The notes: generated by a model from the letters alone, not told the origin. A stretch of DNA of 64,000 nucleotides from Eledone cirrhosa (GCA_964016885.1 OZ024745.1:106392001-106456000); one strand, 5' to 3'. Positions 1-15,214 are shown, counted from the stretch's first letter. A program made the numbers and translations.

Positions 1-527
1 CTATTGCCATATGCGTAACATCTACGACAATTCTCACTTCCTTTTCGCCACGAATAAACTATAATTAAATTAGGCAACGTTTCCTCCTTGTTGTTATGTG
101 TATGATTTGAGCGAGATATGGCTGCTATTTCTAACAAGATAAGTGACACTAAGAGACTTCTTCGTTATCTTGTCAATACAAACAAAACTTAGTACCGCCA
201 GGTGTGTATACTTATACATATTGACACAAGAATCCAACAAATATGTACCACCTACCTGCACGCATACACAGATATACATACACATGTATAATCATACACC
301 CATTTTGGACACAAATACACACAAAATCTCACTATCATACTTTCACACACATAGACACATACATGCCTGTAGATAAATACATAGAGATACAGACACAAAT
401 AACATTACCCCGAATTTGGGAAACAGTGGGTGAGGCTAGAGGGAGAAAGGAGATGTGTGTTAGTAAGTGTGTGTATGAGATTTAGCGTTGATATACAGTA
501 TGTGTTTTTGGTGATTGGGAATCTGTG

Positions 528-638
<111 letters not shown>

Positions 639-684
639 GAAATGACAGGAGGCTGGATTTGTGTAAATCCTTGAAAGGTTTATT

Positions 685-742
685 ATACTATGATCATTTC
701 AATGACCGGGTTCCGTATGAATCCGGTGATATCATCAGGTAT
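685..742 (-). ncRNA. Type I hammerhead ribozyme (inverted copy)
   Basis: Reverse complement of 3184-3241. Confidence 0.7.
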
Positions 743-3183
743 TCGAAATATAATACGTGAATGTAATAGGTAAAATCCATGGGGCTGAAAATCGAGACCC
801 GAGGGCGACCGCTATTCTGTTCCTTCAACCTCAGCCGGTCGCCCTGGAGTGACGTGGCCAAATTTTATAGTATGCTACTACCGGTCAGATGAACGAAAAC
901 AGAAAGAGATGGGAGCATAGGTTAACGTCGATCCCATGACACAAAGGTAAAAGAAAGAAAGAAAGGAAGGAGAGGAAGGGGGAAGAAAGAAGAAGAGAAG
1001 TCAGGGTTAATGTCAGCTAAAAGAGGAAGGTAACTACTACTGGTCAGATATAGGCAAGCAAGAGGGGGAAGGAATATAAGTCTGCAGGGAGGAGGAGAGG
1101 AGAGAAGGAAGGGAAGAGAGAAGTAGAAAAGTAAGGGTTGATGGCTACAAGAAGGAAGATAGAAAGGATAGGATGAAGTTAAAAAAATTTAATAATCAAT
1201 ATTCAATATTAAAGAGGTTAGAAAATTTAAAGTTCAACAGTTTAACAATTAATTATATAATAGTTCCGATTTGTTCTGTAATTTAAGGGTACTATTTGGC
1301 GGTTAAAACAACGGCCGCTCCCCGGGCCCCATGGCGAATTAAGCCACGCCGAGTATTTTCATTTACTGAAAGAAGGGGAAATTTATTTTTCCAAGCACTC
1401 TAGGTGAGCTCGTTCGCCACGGAGCTGGTCGTGCCGCCATTAAAACCCACCCAACAGTCCGACAGAAAGTTGGAACTTTAAAATTTAGCTTAGAGAAGTA
1501 AAAGAGTAATGGTTGATAGCTACAAGAAGGAAGATAGAAAGAGAGAGGAAGGAAGGTCGATATTAATGTCACACCACAGTCGGGCCAGGAGTGGCGCGAC
1601 AAAATTTTCACAGGGACTCGCATCTTAGCAGAGGTGAATATAATGGGGGTCAGTGTGTTACAATGTTTAGACTTATAGGATGAAGTTAAAAAATTAATAA
1701 ATTAATAATCAATATTCCATAGTAAAGAGGTTAGAAAACTTAAAGCTCAACAGTTTCAGGTTGATATATATAATAGTTCCGATTTGTTCTGTAATTTAAA
1801 GGTACTATTTGGCGGTTAAAACACCGGCCGCGCCCCAGGCCCCATGGCTAATTAAGCCACGCCGAGTATTTTCATTTACTGAAAGAAGGGGAATTTATTT
1901 TTCCAAGCACTCCAGGTGAGCCCGTTCGCCAGGGAGCTGGTCGCGCCGCTGTCGGACCGTTGGGTGGGTCTTAGCGGCGGCGCGACCAGCTCCCTGGCGA
2001 ACGGGCTCACCTGGAGTGCTTGGAAAAATAAATTCCCCTTCTTTCAGTAAATGAAAATACTCGGCGTGGCTTAATTAGCCATGGGGCCTGGGGCGCGGCC
2101 GGTGTTTTAACCGCCAAATAGTACCTTTAAATTACAGAACAAATCGGAACTATTATATATATCAACCTGAAACTGTTGAGCTTTAAGTTTTCTAACCTCT
2201 TTACTATGGAATATTGATTATTAATTTATTAATTTTTTAACTTCATCCTATAAGTCTAAACATTGTAACACACTGACCCCCATTATATTCACCTCTGCTA
2301 AGATGCGAGTCCCTGTGAAAATTTTGTCGCGCCACTCCTGGCCCGACTGTGGTGTGACATTAATATCGACCTTCCTTCCTCTCTCTTTCTATCTTCCTTC
2401 TTGTAGCTATCAACCATTACTCTTTTACTTCTCTAAGATAAATTTTAAAGTTCCAACTTTCTGTCGGACTGTTGGGTGGGTTTTAATGGCGGCACGACCA
2501 GCTCCGTGGCGAACGAGCTCACCTAGAGTGCTTGGAAAAATAAATTTCCCCTTCTTTCAGTAAATGAAAATACTCGGCGTGGCTTAATTCGCCATGGGGC
2601 CCGGGGAGCGGCCGTTGTTTTAACCGCCAAATAGTACCCTTAAATTACAGAACAAATCGGAACTATTATATAATTAATTGTTAAACTGTTGAACTTTAAA
2701 TTTTCTAACCTCTTTAATATTGAATATTGATTATTAAATTTTTTTAACTTCATCCTATCCTTTCTATCTTCCTTCTTGTAGCCATCAACCCTTACTTTTC
2801 TACTTCTCTCTTCCCTTCCTTCTCTCCTCTCCTCCTCCCTGCAGACTTATATTCCTTCCCCCTCTTGCTTGCCTATATCTGACCAGTAGTAGTTACCTTC
2901 CTCTTTTAGCTGACATTAACCCTGACTTCTCTTCTTCTTTCTTCCCCCTTCCTCTCCTTCCTTTCTTTCTTTCTTTTACCTTTGTGTCATGGGATCGACG
3001 TTAACCTATGCTCCCATCTCTTTCTGTTTTCGTTCATCTGACCGGTAGTAGCATACTATAAAATTTGGCCACGTCACTCCAGGGCGACCGGCTGAGGTTG
3101 AAGGAACAGAATAGCGGTCGCCCTCGGGTCTCGATTTTCAGCCCCATGGATTTTACCTATTACATTCACGTATTATATTTCGA

Positions 3184-3241
3184 ATACCTGATGATATCAC
3201 CGGATTCATACGGAACCCGGTCATTGAAATGATCATAGTAT
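3184..3241 (+). ncRNA. Type I hammerhead ribozyme
   Basis: ATAC-CTGATGA-[stem II accgg/ccggt]-GAAA-TGATCA-TA-GTAT. Stem I ATAC/GTAT, palindromic stem III, AATAAA at 3242. Confidence 0.72.
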
Positions 3242-3435
3242 AATAAACCTTTCAAGGATTTACACAAATCCAGCCTCCTGTCATTTCATTATAATATTTA
3301 ACTCCGTAATAGCACCACCAACTACAAAAACAAAGACGGTTGAACTGCTTTACGTTGAGTACTCTCTATATTATTGCATTACGATTGACCATACGGAATA
3401 GACCAGCTCTATACAGTGGTGAACCTCAAACCTGA

Positions 3436-3471
<36 letters not shown>

Positions 3472-3479
3472 ATAATAAT

Positions 3480-3708
3480 AAATTTGAAGACTAAAATCCA
3501 AAGAGGGCTCGATAAGGATAAATATATATCAAATATATATGAACCGTAGAGCAAATATTTATTAAAATAACAGATTAAAGTGTAAGCAAAAAATACGCTG
3601 CTTTCACCCTTAACGGGATCTTCTGTAACTCTGAGTTTCAGATGATCCTGTTAAGGGTGAAAGCAGCGATTCTTTGCTTAAACTTTAATCTGTTATTTTA
3701 ATAAATAT
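3480..3708 (-). mobile_element. Small fold-back element with degenerate hammerhead (CAGANGA core)
   Basis: Imperfect inverted repeat ~3556-3708. Both arms read CAGA(T/A)GA-tcc(t/c)gttaaggg-t-GAAA-gcagcg. Flanked by (TA)n. Confidence 0.5.
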
Positions 3709-3910
3709 ATATATATATATATTTATTAAAATAACATGACCCTCCCAAAGCATAACAATATATATATATAAAGATATATATATATATTCGTACTTAGTTG
3801 AGAGCGGAGCGAAATAGAGTACTCAATATCTAATTGGAGTTTAAATGTTCATTTCATTAAGGCTAAATAGTGAGTCACTATTTAGCTTTAATAAAATTTT
3901 AAATATACAG

Positions 3911-3974
<64 letters not shown>

Positions 3975-4050
3975 TAAAAAGAAAAAAAAGATGAAATCGA
4001 AAATGCAACTGGAGTCTTATTTTTTTTTAAATATATGTATTTATTTGGTT

Positions 4051-4088
4051 CCTTTACCGGTTTCGCAGTTCTTCTGCTTTTCAAAAGT
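4051..4088 (-). ncRNA. Degenerate hammerhead remnant
   Basis: Minus strand: ctt-TTGAAAA-gcag/ctgc-GAAA-CCGG-TA-aag. Core is mutated but stems II and III are retained. Lies between (TA)n arrays. Confidence 0.45.
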
Positions 4089-4147
4089 AGAGTTGAGACG
4101 GAGCGTCTGTGGTTTTTCATATATACATATAAATGTTTGTCTGTGTA

Positions 4148-4184
<37 letters not shown>

Positions 4185-4350
4185 GGGTAGTGTATGTGTG
4201 TAAGAGAGAGAGAGTGTGTGTGTGTGTGTGTGTTAGGGAGTGCGTCGTATGAAAGAGAAAAAGATAGTTAGTGTGAGAGTGTGTGAGGAAAAGAGACAAA
4301 GAGACAGAATGAAACAAAGTATATCTGTCAGATTGTTTCTCTCTCTCTCC

Positions 4351-4404
<54 letters not shown>

Positions 4405-5854
4405 TCACTCTCTCCCTTCCCCCTCTCTCTCTGTAAACAGCAGAAATATCATTTTGATATTTGTTAATTGGATTATATGGTTTCTGACTTCCGTTTAAGA
4501 CATATTACTTATAGCACGACACTCATACACATACACACGTACACACATAAATCACACCTACACATACACATAACTGCACAAATACATACTCTCAAGGTTA
4601 CGTTCAGCACACTCTTAAACATGTACATCGTAGTGAATTAATCCATGCTATTATGCATTTGTGTACGGGGATCGCAATATGGATGCACATGTTTATGGTG
4701 CATATGTATGTATTGTTTTTGTGTGGACACAAAGCACCTATAGCATTTTACAGCCGTTCTGACACAAATGAAACAAACCGAAGAAGAAACCACCAATCAT
4801 ATAGCCTTTAAATCAAAATCATTCCAACTATGACCATCACGTCTTCTTTTGTGTTTAGAAAATCAAGACAACATTGTCCAAAATGCCCTATTCTAAAATT
4901 CGAGTTGAGTGAGATTTGATGGTGGCAGATCCTAGCTAGTCAAACGACCACATACAGGTGCCTTGGGTCTTGTGGTCAAGTCTGCTACCTATCTATAGAT
5001 TGTGACTTAAAGTCGACTGCATGTATTTCGTTGCATTCTAGAACGACTCGTGATTTGCTGCATTTGCAATCAATGCATCTAGATATTAAGACATCGTCAG
5101 ACAAGAGTCTTACTCTTAGTGCCCGCAACAGAGGTAATGAAACGGCATGTGTTAGTGTTCAACTGGAGCGATGGATTAAGTATTGTCTCTGAGCGTGCGC
5201 ATGTGCATGTGTATCTGTTTATGTGCGTTCGTGTGTGTAAACGGGGGCGTATTCATGAATACAAGTATATATGTGAATGTGTGTGTATCATTGCAAAAGC
5301 AACACATTCTTAAAGAAAAAGCACAACAAAAATGTATATATAATGTTGTAACTCTAATTAAATGGCTTATCCAATGATTAACAAAGCATTATGTAGGCTA
5401 AGAAAATGATGTTGTAAAGTTCACAAGATTGTAAACCATGAGGAAATTATACTACTGAGGCTTCGAACAAAGTGCTTAAAATCTATTCACTTAATGCAAC
5501 TATAAATACTGAAAATGATTTCCTCAGAAGAAAGGTTTCTTCAATAATCTCATCTCCTCACGGGATATAAACGTCTTTACATTTGCAATTTTACTGACTA
5601 ATATTTGCTCAGAAAAATACGAGGTCTTTAACTAGGTGAAATTAGCTAGCACACTAGTGAACCGTATATGAGATGATTCAAATCTATTGGAATAATTCGA
5701 TCTGTTGTATGTACGTAGCTATAAAATCATCTCTGGTTGAGCAGACCGTTGACCAAGGGTGTTCCAACTGTGACAATATTGTCCTATTTCACACAAATTA
5801 CATCTACAATTACTCCGAGCTCTTGGCATTGCATTACAGGTTATGGCACCCATT

Positions 5855-6249
<395 letters not shown>

Positions 6250-7811
6250 ATAGTCTAAAAAGTTGAGAATATCTCAAAATGTCTTTAAATACTTTATCTG
6301 ACTATTGTGTGGGGTTTTTCCCCCCTCGCGCCTTTAACGGTATCGCAAGGGCTGTATTTTTAACGCAATATCATCTCAGTTGAAAAGTTTGGCGTATATA
6401 TATACAATCCCTGGCAACGAATCATGATGTTCCTAAATCTAAATTATTTATCTAAGTTGCCATTTTGGAGTTAAAGTAAGTCGAACTACACCCTATAATA
6501 AAGGTCATGAGCAAATTATTATCCGGCTGACGATATCCAATAAAAGTGAAAGTCTCGAAGCTATGTCTTTTACTTTTTGATGAAAAAATCATATATATTA
6601 GTAACTAAATAATACGGATACTTATTTGCATTACATTTTACATCATGTATTTGATAGATGAATGGTGTTGTTGTTACATATCCGAAAATCAGCTTCGAAC
6701 GAACAGAGGCATTGGTACGATTAAAGGGATGCGTTATCTAACGTGCACTCTACTTATTTAAGAAGGGTGTAGCATGTCGGATGACCACATGGTGCCTTGC
6801 TTAGTGACCTAAAGTCCGGTGATTAAAAAAAAGTAATCATAATTTTTGTTTTTTCTTACTTTTAATATTTTCTTTTACATCATTTGTCCAGGCAAATATT
6901 TGTCTAAATTTTTTCGAACTATATTCTGGGACCTATATTATATATGTATGAATATTTAAATGTTATCATTGTGTACGCTTAGCGGCAGAGCAAGTAATTA
7001 CCTAACATTACTTATAAAAGATGAGGCTGATGATATTCAGCCATAAATCAGCCCTGATCGAGCTGGCATTTGATAAAAAGTGCCCAGCTATGATTATCCA
7101 ATTTTTCTGCAGACATAGTTTTTATTTTCATCTTGAGGGGGATTTTGCTTCTAGTCCAATAGGTTGAATCTCCTTTGTTATCTCGTAAATGATTACGAAA
7201 AGTATTTAGCTTGTGGTTTAACGGATGTGTGTGCCTCATTATTCTAATGTTGGCCAAATATTGAACACCAAGCACCATCAGCAATTTCAATATCAAGCTT
7301 CTTGTGGTTTGCTTTGGCTGACATGATAAGTTAAGAGCTCTCACCTGAAGTTAATTGCATAACAAACGTCTTGTTTCCTGTCTTCACAAGACTTAGAGAA
7401 AATAATTCGATTCATGCAAACGAGGCACACGTTCATTATGCAATGGTCTGACTTATTCCATGGTGTTCAATTGCCGTTATGTAAATTGATATTGCAAAGG
7501 TTGTCATGGTTCTTACTACAAGGGAAATAAACGAACTTTTGCCCTGTAACCTGCTAGTTTGAAATTGTCATTCGTCTGTCAGTTGAGACAGTGTACAGGT
7601 AGAATAATATGTTAAAATATTGATCATCTAAGAAGGAGCATGTCAGACTTAATTAGGGTTATTTAGTTTTCAAGTCGGCTGTGTTGTGCATTGAATAATA
7701 TGTAAACAGGTTTATGATTGAGGACAAGTATATACACGAAAACCAGCCCACTAGAATATATAACTACTGCACCGAGTTTAGGTGCAGCGAAACTCCGCCC
7801 TCATACAAATA

Positions 7812-7854
<43 letters not shown>

Positions 7855-10335
7855 TTTACCATCTCTTTATTTATATTTCTATCTATATCTATCTATCTAT
7901 TTATCTGTTTATTTGTCGGTCTGTCAATCAATTAATTAATATGCAAACATGTACCACCCCTTTTCTATTTACTTTATTTATCAATAAAATGCTCTAATAT
8001 CTACGATGCGTGGGTTTATTAGAAAATCTGTTTAAACTCCTCGACACTGTACTTGTAATACCCTTATTACTGTTGCCATCTTCGTTTCCCGGATACGGAG
8101 AACGCTAAAGATAATACTGGCAGCTTTGTAAAGACTTTTACTGTTGTTGACAGACCGGTGTGAAAAAGATTATTGGTACACACGGCCGATTCGTACTTTT
8201 GTGTCCTTTAATTCATAAGATAACAAAGTGGGTGATATCTATTAAAACAGCTGTCTATTTCTATGTTGCTGACGTTATTTTAGCTGTAGTAATTGATGTT
8301 TGTATGTGACAGTTGAGAAGTATTACTTTTGGAAGGAATGTGGAAAGTAATAAAATTGACGTCACACCGGATGTTTAATTTTGTTGTTACAGCTCTGTTG
8401 GTAGAGAGTTCAAATGCTGGTTTTGACATCATGAAATTACATATGTCATAATCAAGTACCAGAACAAAAGAAATTGTATCTTAGAATACAACAACACTAA
8501 ATTTCAGTTATTGCTTATCAAAACCAATAAATTGGATTTATAACCTATACTACAATAGAACATATATCTTTGTACATCTGTATGTACTTATGTTTACATG
8601 CATCTATGTATACATTTATGTAATAAGTATCCATGTGTATGTGTGTGTATGTATGCATATATATATTCTTACATAGGTATGTACGATGAAAAGGCAAACC
8701 TTTGTGGGCGTGTATGAATGAAAGAGACAAATGAATGAGATGATTTTAAAAATAACTAACTACATGCCTCAGTGTGAGTGTGTTTCCGTGAAACATATAC
8801 ATATACACCATGTATATTATGATACATTTTTTTAATCGTTGAAATTATTGCTGTAAGTTTGCTAACTCCATCGCTGGAATTTAGGGAACAACAGTGTTCA
8901 CTTTTAGAAGAAATTCGTATAGTTTTACGAATTAGTTTAGAGATTATATTTGCAAAATATATGCTTGCCCGTCACTTTCGTTTCTTGTAAACGCCAAAAT
9001 TTCGACATTAGCACAGAGGGGGTAATAATTATAGGTTCAAATTTACATTTATAATCCGGCCAGAAAGTCTCTAGCTCTCGGTGTATTTGTCTATATTGAA
9101 AGAAATGTTCACAACTGCAGGGCAGCTAACGTCTGTAACTATAAAAACATATTTCTGTTGCGTCCCAAACAATAGTATCAGGCCAGTTATGTTTTGAGAG
9201 GAACATTCCACTAATATTTCTTATGTTGATACGTAAGTAAGCACTCAATAACAGAAATATTTTCTATATATATATTACAGTGCAGTCTTTTATACGAACG
9301 ATATTTTAAATTGTTTTAGCAATATCATGCCACAATGAAGTTAAGTGCAATAATGTTATTTTGGAGCAATTGGTGATCACCTGTGTAATAGGATCTATAC
9401 AAATATGACATAACCAACAGTTAAGGTCCTATTTTGTAGATTTAAGGGCTTCTATGTCTCATGTTCATTTGATATTTTATAGTGTTGTCCTCGCCTGAGA
9501 TAGTATAAACATGACTTTTGACATGTAATTTGATATAATGGTCAAGTGATACAACGATCACTTCCCGTCAATGTTGACATCATCCTCAAATTTACAAACA
9601 CCACACGTATCTATAACAATATTTGGCGTGATATGTGTTTCTCTTAAATATATTGTTTGAGGTTCGCTAGTACACTATTTCTTGGTTCCCATAGAAAGTC
9701 ATAGGTGAGTGATTACTTCTTAAGGAGAGCACTTCTGACTCATTACATGTTATTTTCTTCGTGTTTATCATTTGGTTTATTTATTTATTTTTGATGTTAT
9801 CTAAGTCGAATTTTCTTTTTTCTTTTCTTTCGAATGTAATCCTACAGACGGTAATGGTTGATATTTTAGTTGCCTCTCAATCCATAAGAAAGCTGCATGA
9901 AAACGGAAACTTTGTCAGATCGAAGGGTAAACATTTATATTTGTAATCTTATAAAAATGTCATAGTTTTGTCTGATTAGATATCAACAATGTCAATAAAG
10001 TAAAGCAAAATGTTGACTATTCAATATTCAACACCACCAAGGTCAAATTTGCCTTTCATTCTGCCGGAAGCAATAAAATTATGTAACAGTAATGTGGTGG
10101 TGCCGATGTAATCGAACTACCATTTCACTGCAAATTGTTGGTATTGTGCCAAGATCAGAAATCTTTATATTATAGTACTTAAAATTAATCATAATACACA
10201 TTTTCATATCCCAATACATAATTAAACTATAGATAATCAGCAGTCGATAAATCGATATCCGTTGATCAGGCAAGGGCAATTGATCGGTAATCTGTTATCG
10301 GTTAATTTGCTTATCTGTGCATCTCTAATATATAT

Positions 10336-10402
<67 letters not shown>

Positions 10403-10406
10403 CATG

Positions 10407-10443
<37 letters not shown>

Positions 10444-10575
10444 ACAATTTACGAAATCGCCGAAGTTATTTAAGAGAAAATAAGCTTCCGGTTGTGAAAC
10501 TGCATCCAAAGGTTCTGAGTGCCCACATTATAGTTATTCAGTGAGTATTATGGCAGTGTTTGGGTAAAGATGTCT

Positions 10576-10622
10576 CACGTATCCAACTCCTTGACATATT
10601 CCGTCTCTATGCAATATTCTGC
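10576..10622 (-). CDS. Candidate host exon (AEYCIETEYVKELDT then stop, or donor at 10578)
   Basis: CTGTAG acceptor; in frame with the 10724-10810 candidate across a 101-nt GT..AG intron. Confidence 0.25.
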
Positions 10623-10723
10623 CTACAGCAGTTATTAAAACTGCAGTATGCAGAGAATTGCGTAATATCAGCAGATATTACGCAATCGGGCTAATGCATT
10701 TCTTCAGCGGGAAATACACTTAC

Positions 10724-10810
10724 TCGACACTTAGGTATTAAGGCATGCACAGCTGCATGTACAGCCAGTTTCTCAGATCCAGCAGTGCTATGCCATCGTG
10801 ACACGTCAGC
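10724..10810 (-). CDS. Candidate 87-nt host exon (ADVSRWHSTAGSEKLAVHAAVHALIPKCR)
   Basis: Acceptor ttttcctctattttaag|, donor CGA|gtaagt, length divisible by 3, only phase 0 open. Product not recognised. Confidence 0.4.
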
Positions 10811-10964
10811 CTTAAAATAGAGGAAAACCTTTGTGTGACAAAAACACAGTATGGTGGGTAAATTCAAAAAGTGGAATTCCCGCCAATAGACAAACCAACC
10901 AGTCACGGGCATACATACATATGCACATACAGGCATATACCTATATACATATATATACATATAC

Positions 10965-11029
<65 letters not shown>

Positions 11030-11258
11030 CACACACACACACACACACATACACACATACACACACACGCATGTAAGGACTGACTTGCAATATAAAGTCG
11101 AACATCAACATTCAATATATAAACAATACTCAGAAATATAGAAGTAGCTGGGTGTATATTTAGAATAAGGAATATGAGAAGTTTGCTGTTCTACAAGACT
11201 TCACATTTTCCTTATTCCTCTCTTTCTCTCCCTCTCTCTCTCACTCATTCTCTCTCTC

Positions 11259-11675
<417 letters not shown>

Positions 11676-11690
11676 TGTATATACATATAT

Positions 11691-12005
11691 GAAGGCGCAT
11701 GGCTTAGTGGGTAGAGCATTGGGCTTGAAATTCTAGGACCGGGTGATGCGTTGTGTCCTTGAGCAAGACACTTTATTTCACGTTGTTCCAGTTTACTCGG
11801 CTGTAGAAATGAGTTGCGACGTCACTGGTGCCAAGCTGTATCGGTGAGTTTCTTTCCCTTGGACAACATCGGTGGCGTGGAGAGGGGAGACTGGTATGCA
11901 TGGGCAACTACTGGTCTTCCACAAACCAAACTTTTCCCAGGCTTGTGTCTCGGAGGGAAACTTTCTAGGTGCAAAATCATGGTCATTTGTGATCGAGAGG
12001 GGCCA
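11691..12005 (+). mobile_element. tRNA-derived SINE with CORE/V-like central motif
   Basis: A-box-like tggcttagtggg; gtgtccttgagcaagacactt motif; homologous to 48570-48792 and 16947-17137. Confidence 0.7.
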
Positions 12006-12118
12006 AAGAAGCAAATATACATATATATATATGTACGTATGTATATATATGTATATATATATATATATAAAATAAAGTTAAATAAAAGTCAAATGATTAA
12101 AATTTAGCTTCGTTTATT

Positions 12119-12173
12119 ACTGCTATATATATTTCAGTGACAGCCATCTTTGGCTGTGACCTCTTCAGGCAGT
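12119..12173 (-). ncRNA. Type I hammerhead ribozyme (inverted copy, one stem II mismatch)
   Basis: Reverse complement of 12404-12458. Confidence 0.8.
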
Positions 12174-12403
12174 TTGAATTAGTATGGTATAGACAAGTAC
12201 ATATGTTGTTTAGGTGTATGATATTGTCAATACTCTGATATGCCCAGTTCCTTGCTGGGTTGTTAATTCACTGGGGAACTGGAGTCATATGACTCCAGTT
12301 CCCCAGTGAATTAACAGCCCAGCAAGGAACTGGGCATATCAGAGTATTGACAATATCATACACCTAAACAACATATGTACTTGTCTATACCATACTAGTT
12401 CAA

Positions 12404-12458
12404 ACTGCCTGAAGAGGTGACAGCCAAAGATGGCTGTCACTGAAATATATATAGCAGT
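12404..12458 (+). ncRNA. Type I hammerhead ribozyme
   Basis: ACTGC-CTGAAGA-ggtgacagcca(aaga)tggctgtcact-GAAA-TATATA-TA-GCAGT. All three stems and the core are intact; AATAAA follows immediately. Confidence 0.88.
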
Positions 12459-12604
12459 AATAAACGAAGCTAAATTTTAATCATTTGACTTTTATTTAAC
12501 TTTATTTTACACTACTCCGGAGTAACCAAACCAACCTGCGCACTTCGTCGAGTGCTCCAGCCTGCATACTGAGGTGTTGGTATACAACCAACATAAACTC
12601 AAAA

Positions 12605-12646
<42 letters not shown>

Positions 12647-12663
12647 CGTGCAGGCGGGCGCGC

Positions 12664-12717
<54 letters not shown>

Positions 12718-13299
12718 CTTTGCGCATGTCTGTGCGTACGCATGCATATATCTGCATGCGCTTATGTTTGTGGTTGCATGTGTGTATATATTTGCTCGTT
12801 TAAACCACAACATCTTATGCGTGCCAGACGTGAGAACATAGTCATATTAACACCTATTAAACGCTACTGGCTTTGATAAGCTGAAGTGAGAAAACTGACC
12901 GAATGATTTGGTCAGTTCTTGACCATACGTTAATATTTAAAAGATTGCAGACACATATGCTGATTTCACTTTGGGATTATTTATATGTCCTGTATACACG
13001 AAATTCTCTTTGAATTCATAAATGTCTAATAATCTTCTGAATGGCATATGAATATATAGCATTTTATTCCCATCACACACACATCATCATTATCATCCTA
13101 ATAATCATCATTAATAGCAATAGCAAGACTAACAACTTCCATGTAGACGCTAAATTTGCTAGAAATATTAGCCAAATATCACTTAAATTACATCATACTG
13201 GCTTAGAGAAAGAGACATTTGTTAATGTTGCCTAAATACATTGCTTTGGGGGAAAAGGCGACACGATTTCAGCTAGAATTTTTATTTTGTCATAGGTCC

Positions 13300-13625
13300 C
13301 TTCGATCAAGGTCATCCTCAACACACCTTCTTCACCGAGTTTTACGTAAAGACATTGAGTGATTGCCCGAAAAGGGAGGCAACTGCGCTTATGCCTTCTA
13401 ATCAAAGCTGCCATTCTTGTCAAATACACAACCAACTGAATTTTCCGAGAGCAACCATTTTATTTCATCCACATTATATCTCGATGGTGTATTTCTTAGG
13501 GAAGGTGAGATCGGAAAGGCAGAATGTCGAACATTTCAACAGGTCTTATACAGAGAGCCCACATTTGTTATCTGCACGATCGACCTCGATAAGGCGCATA
13601 CACAGGTTCCCAAATAACTAGGAGC
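13300..13625 (+). pseudogene. Highly degraded non-LTR RT fragment (possibly RTE-like)
   Basis: PTFVICTIDLDKAHTQVPK resembles the RT motif DLEKAFDRVP; surrounding frames are broken. Confidence 0.4.
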
Positions 13626-14106
13626 TGAATCCGTCGTTCTCGGCTTGGAATGACCGAATCGACCGGAGAAGTGGATTAGTTAAGGAAATGGAAGGAAACA
13701 TGAAAAGTTGAATACATTTTCATGTATTTAACATATAGATTACAGTGATGCGGCTACCCTCCACTTATATCTAAATATATCTTAATTTCGCCGTTCAAGA
13801 TCTTGTTTGTTAACATCAGACCAGAAAATATCGAGCATAGCGCGGACATTTTCGTATTTCATCTAGTGTCTAGCAATACAAACCCAATGCGACAGGGTGT
13901 CATTGGTATTTCTCACAAGCCGAGAGACAACTTAGAACAAAGAGGAGAGACATTCATTTGCATTGAGTTTTGAAACTGAACTCGGAAGAAACTGATGTAT
14001 CGCATATGAAGAAAACAGTTGAAACTTAATGACTGAAAGAGGAATATAGGTTACTTCCAATAATTCCATAAGGCTATTTAAAAACATTATAACTATATGT
14101 TTAATT

Positions 14107-14291
14107 AATTGTTTCTACTTTTGGCACAAGGCCAGCAATTATCCCAGTGTATTACTGGTACTTTATTTTATCGACCCCGTAAGGATGAAAGGCAAAGTTA
14201 ACCTCGGCGGGATTTTAACTCAGTCCGTAAAGGGACGTAACTGTGCTGCAAAGCATGGCGTCCGACCCTCTACCGATACTGCCAATCCCCC
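14107..14291 (-). mobile_element. tRNA-derived SINE with Meta/MESC-like domain (short-tail form)
   Basis: A box ttggcagtatcgg, B-box-like gagttaaaatcc, central gcctttcatccttacggggtcgataaaataaagtaccag; about 20 copies in the window. Confidence 0.88.
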
Positions 14292-15172
14292 ATTGCAATA
14301 TAATAATATTTCTTGGTTTAATTCTCCTCATACCTATGAATCAAAATGTTCAAATGTCTTGAAACACATTTGCTTCAAGATATTCTTATTCACTTGCAAT
14401 TCTTTCCCGATACGATAAGGTTAATTTACAGCATACAGGATATTCATAACTTATGGTTTTTAATTTCGTTTACAATTTTCACACGTGAATATGTGCTCAA
14501 ACGTATGTTTCACTTTAAGAGGGCGTATGAGTTCGCATGAATGTAAGAGTGCACGTGTATCTATATACTGTCCTATACATAAAAAACCACTCAATCTAAA
14601 TACAGCTTCTGCATCATATGTATGTGCGTGTGTAGAATAGGGGAGGTGTGTATATAAGTGAGCGTATGTATGTGTGCCTGCACAAAAATATATGCTTTCT
14701 ATTTACATGCATAAATATACCGATAATGCTTTCGATGCATATTGGAAGGCACGTGATAAGCAATATATATGATAACATATCCAGTGTGTTTAAATAAACA
14801 TGCATTTATGTATTCGTCATTCAGCCTGTTTGTGTGAATCCATGTGTAAATTCTATTGGCAGTTGTTTAGACTAGACATCAGTGTATGTGTCATATACGA
14901 GGATAATAGATAAACAGTCATATACATATGAATATGCACAGAAATGCGCAGACAAGAGATATAGAATATACAAGACACACGAATAGAAATCTACATATAT
15001 AAGAATATACATGCACACATACACATAAAATCACGTACAAAGTTGTTGGTAAACATACTTAGGTATTCTGATGCGTGTAAAACTATATATATGTATATGT
15101 GTACATATATGTATATGTACACACACACACACACACATATATATATACATACATACATACATACATAGATAC

Positions 15173-15214
<42 letters not shown>

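Larger units (their letters stand above)
12068..12612 (+). mobile_element. Penelope-like fold-back element: 221-bp arms with no spacer, plus ~100-bp tail
   Basis: 12068-12509 is a near-perfect palindrome centred on CAT|ATG (12288/12289). Tail ends in (TC)/(TA)n. Confidence 0.85.

Noticed and set aside
1363-2563. Twin 86-aa ORFs (1363-1623 minus, 2303-2563 plus)
   Set aside because: Mirror images produced by the palindrome; no recognisable domain.
6527-7035. CTGACGA (6527) and CTGATGA (7027) hammerhead-like words
   Set aside because: No supporting stems or correctly placed GAAA/UH.
7048-7344. 98-aa minus-strand ORF
   Set aside because: No recognisable motif; possibly decayed transposon sequence, but unsupported.
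9695-9704. 10-nt micro-exon (atag|aaagtcatag|gtgagt)
   Set aside because: Such signals arise by chance; no other support.
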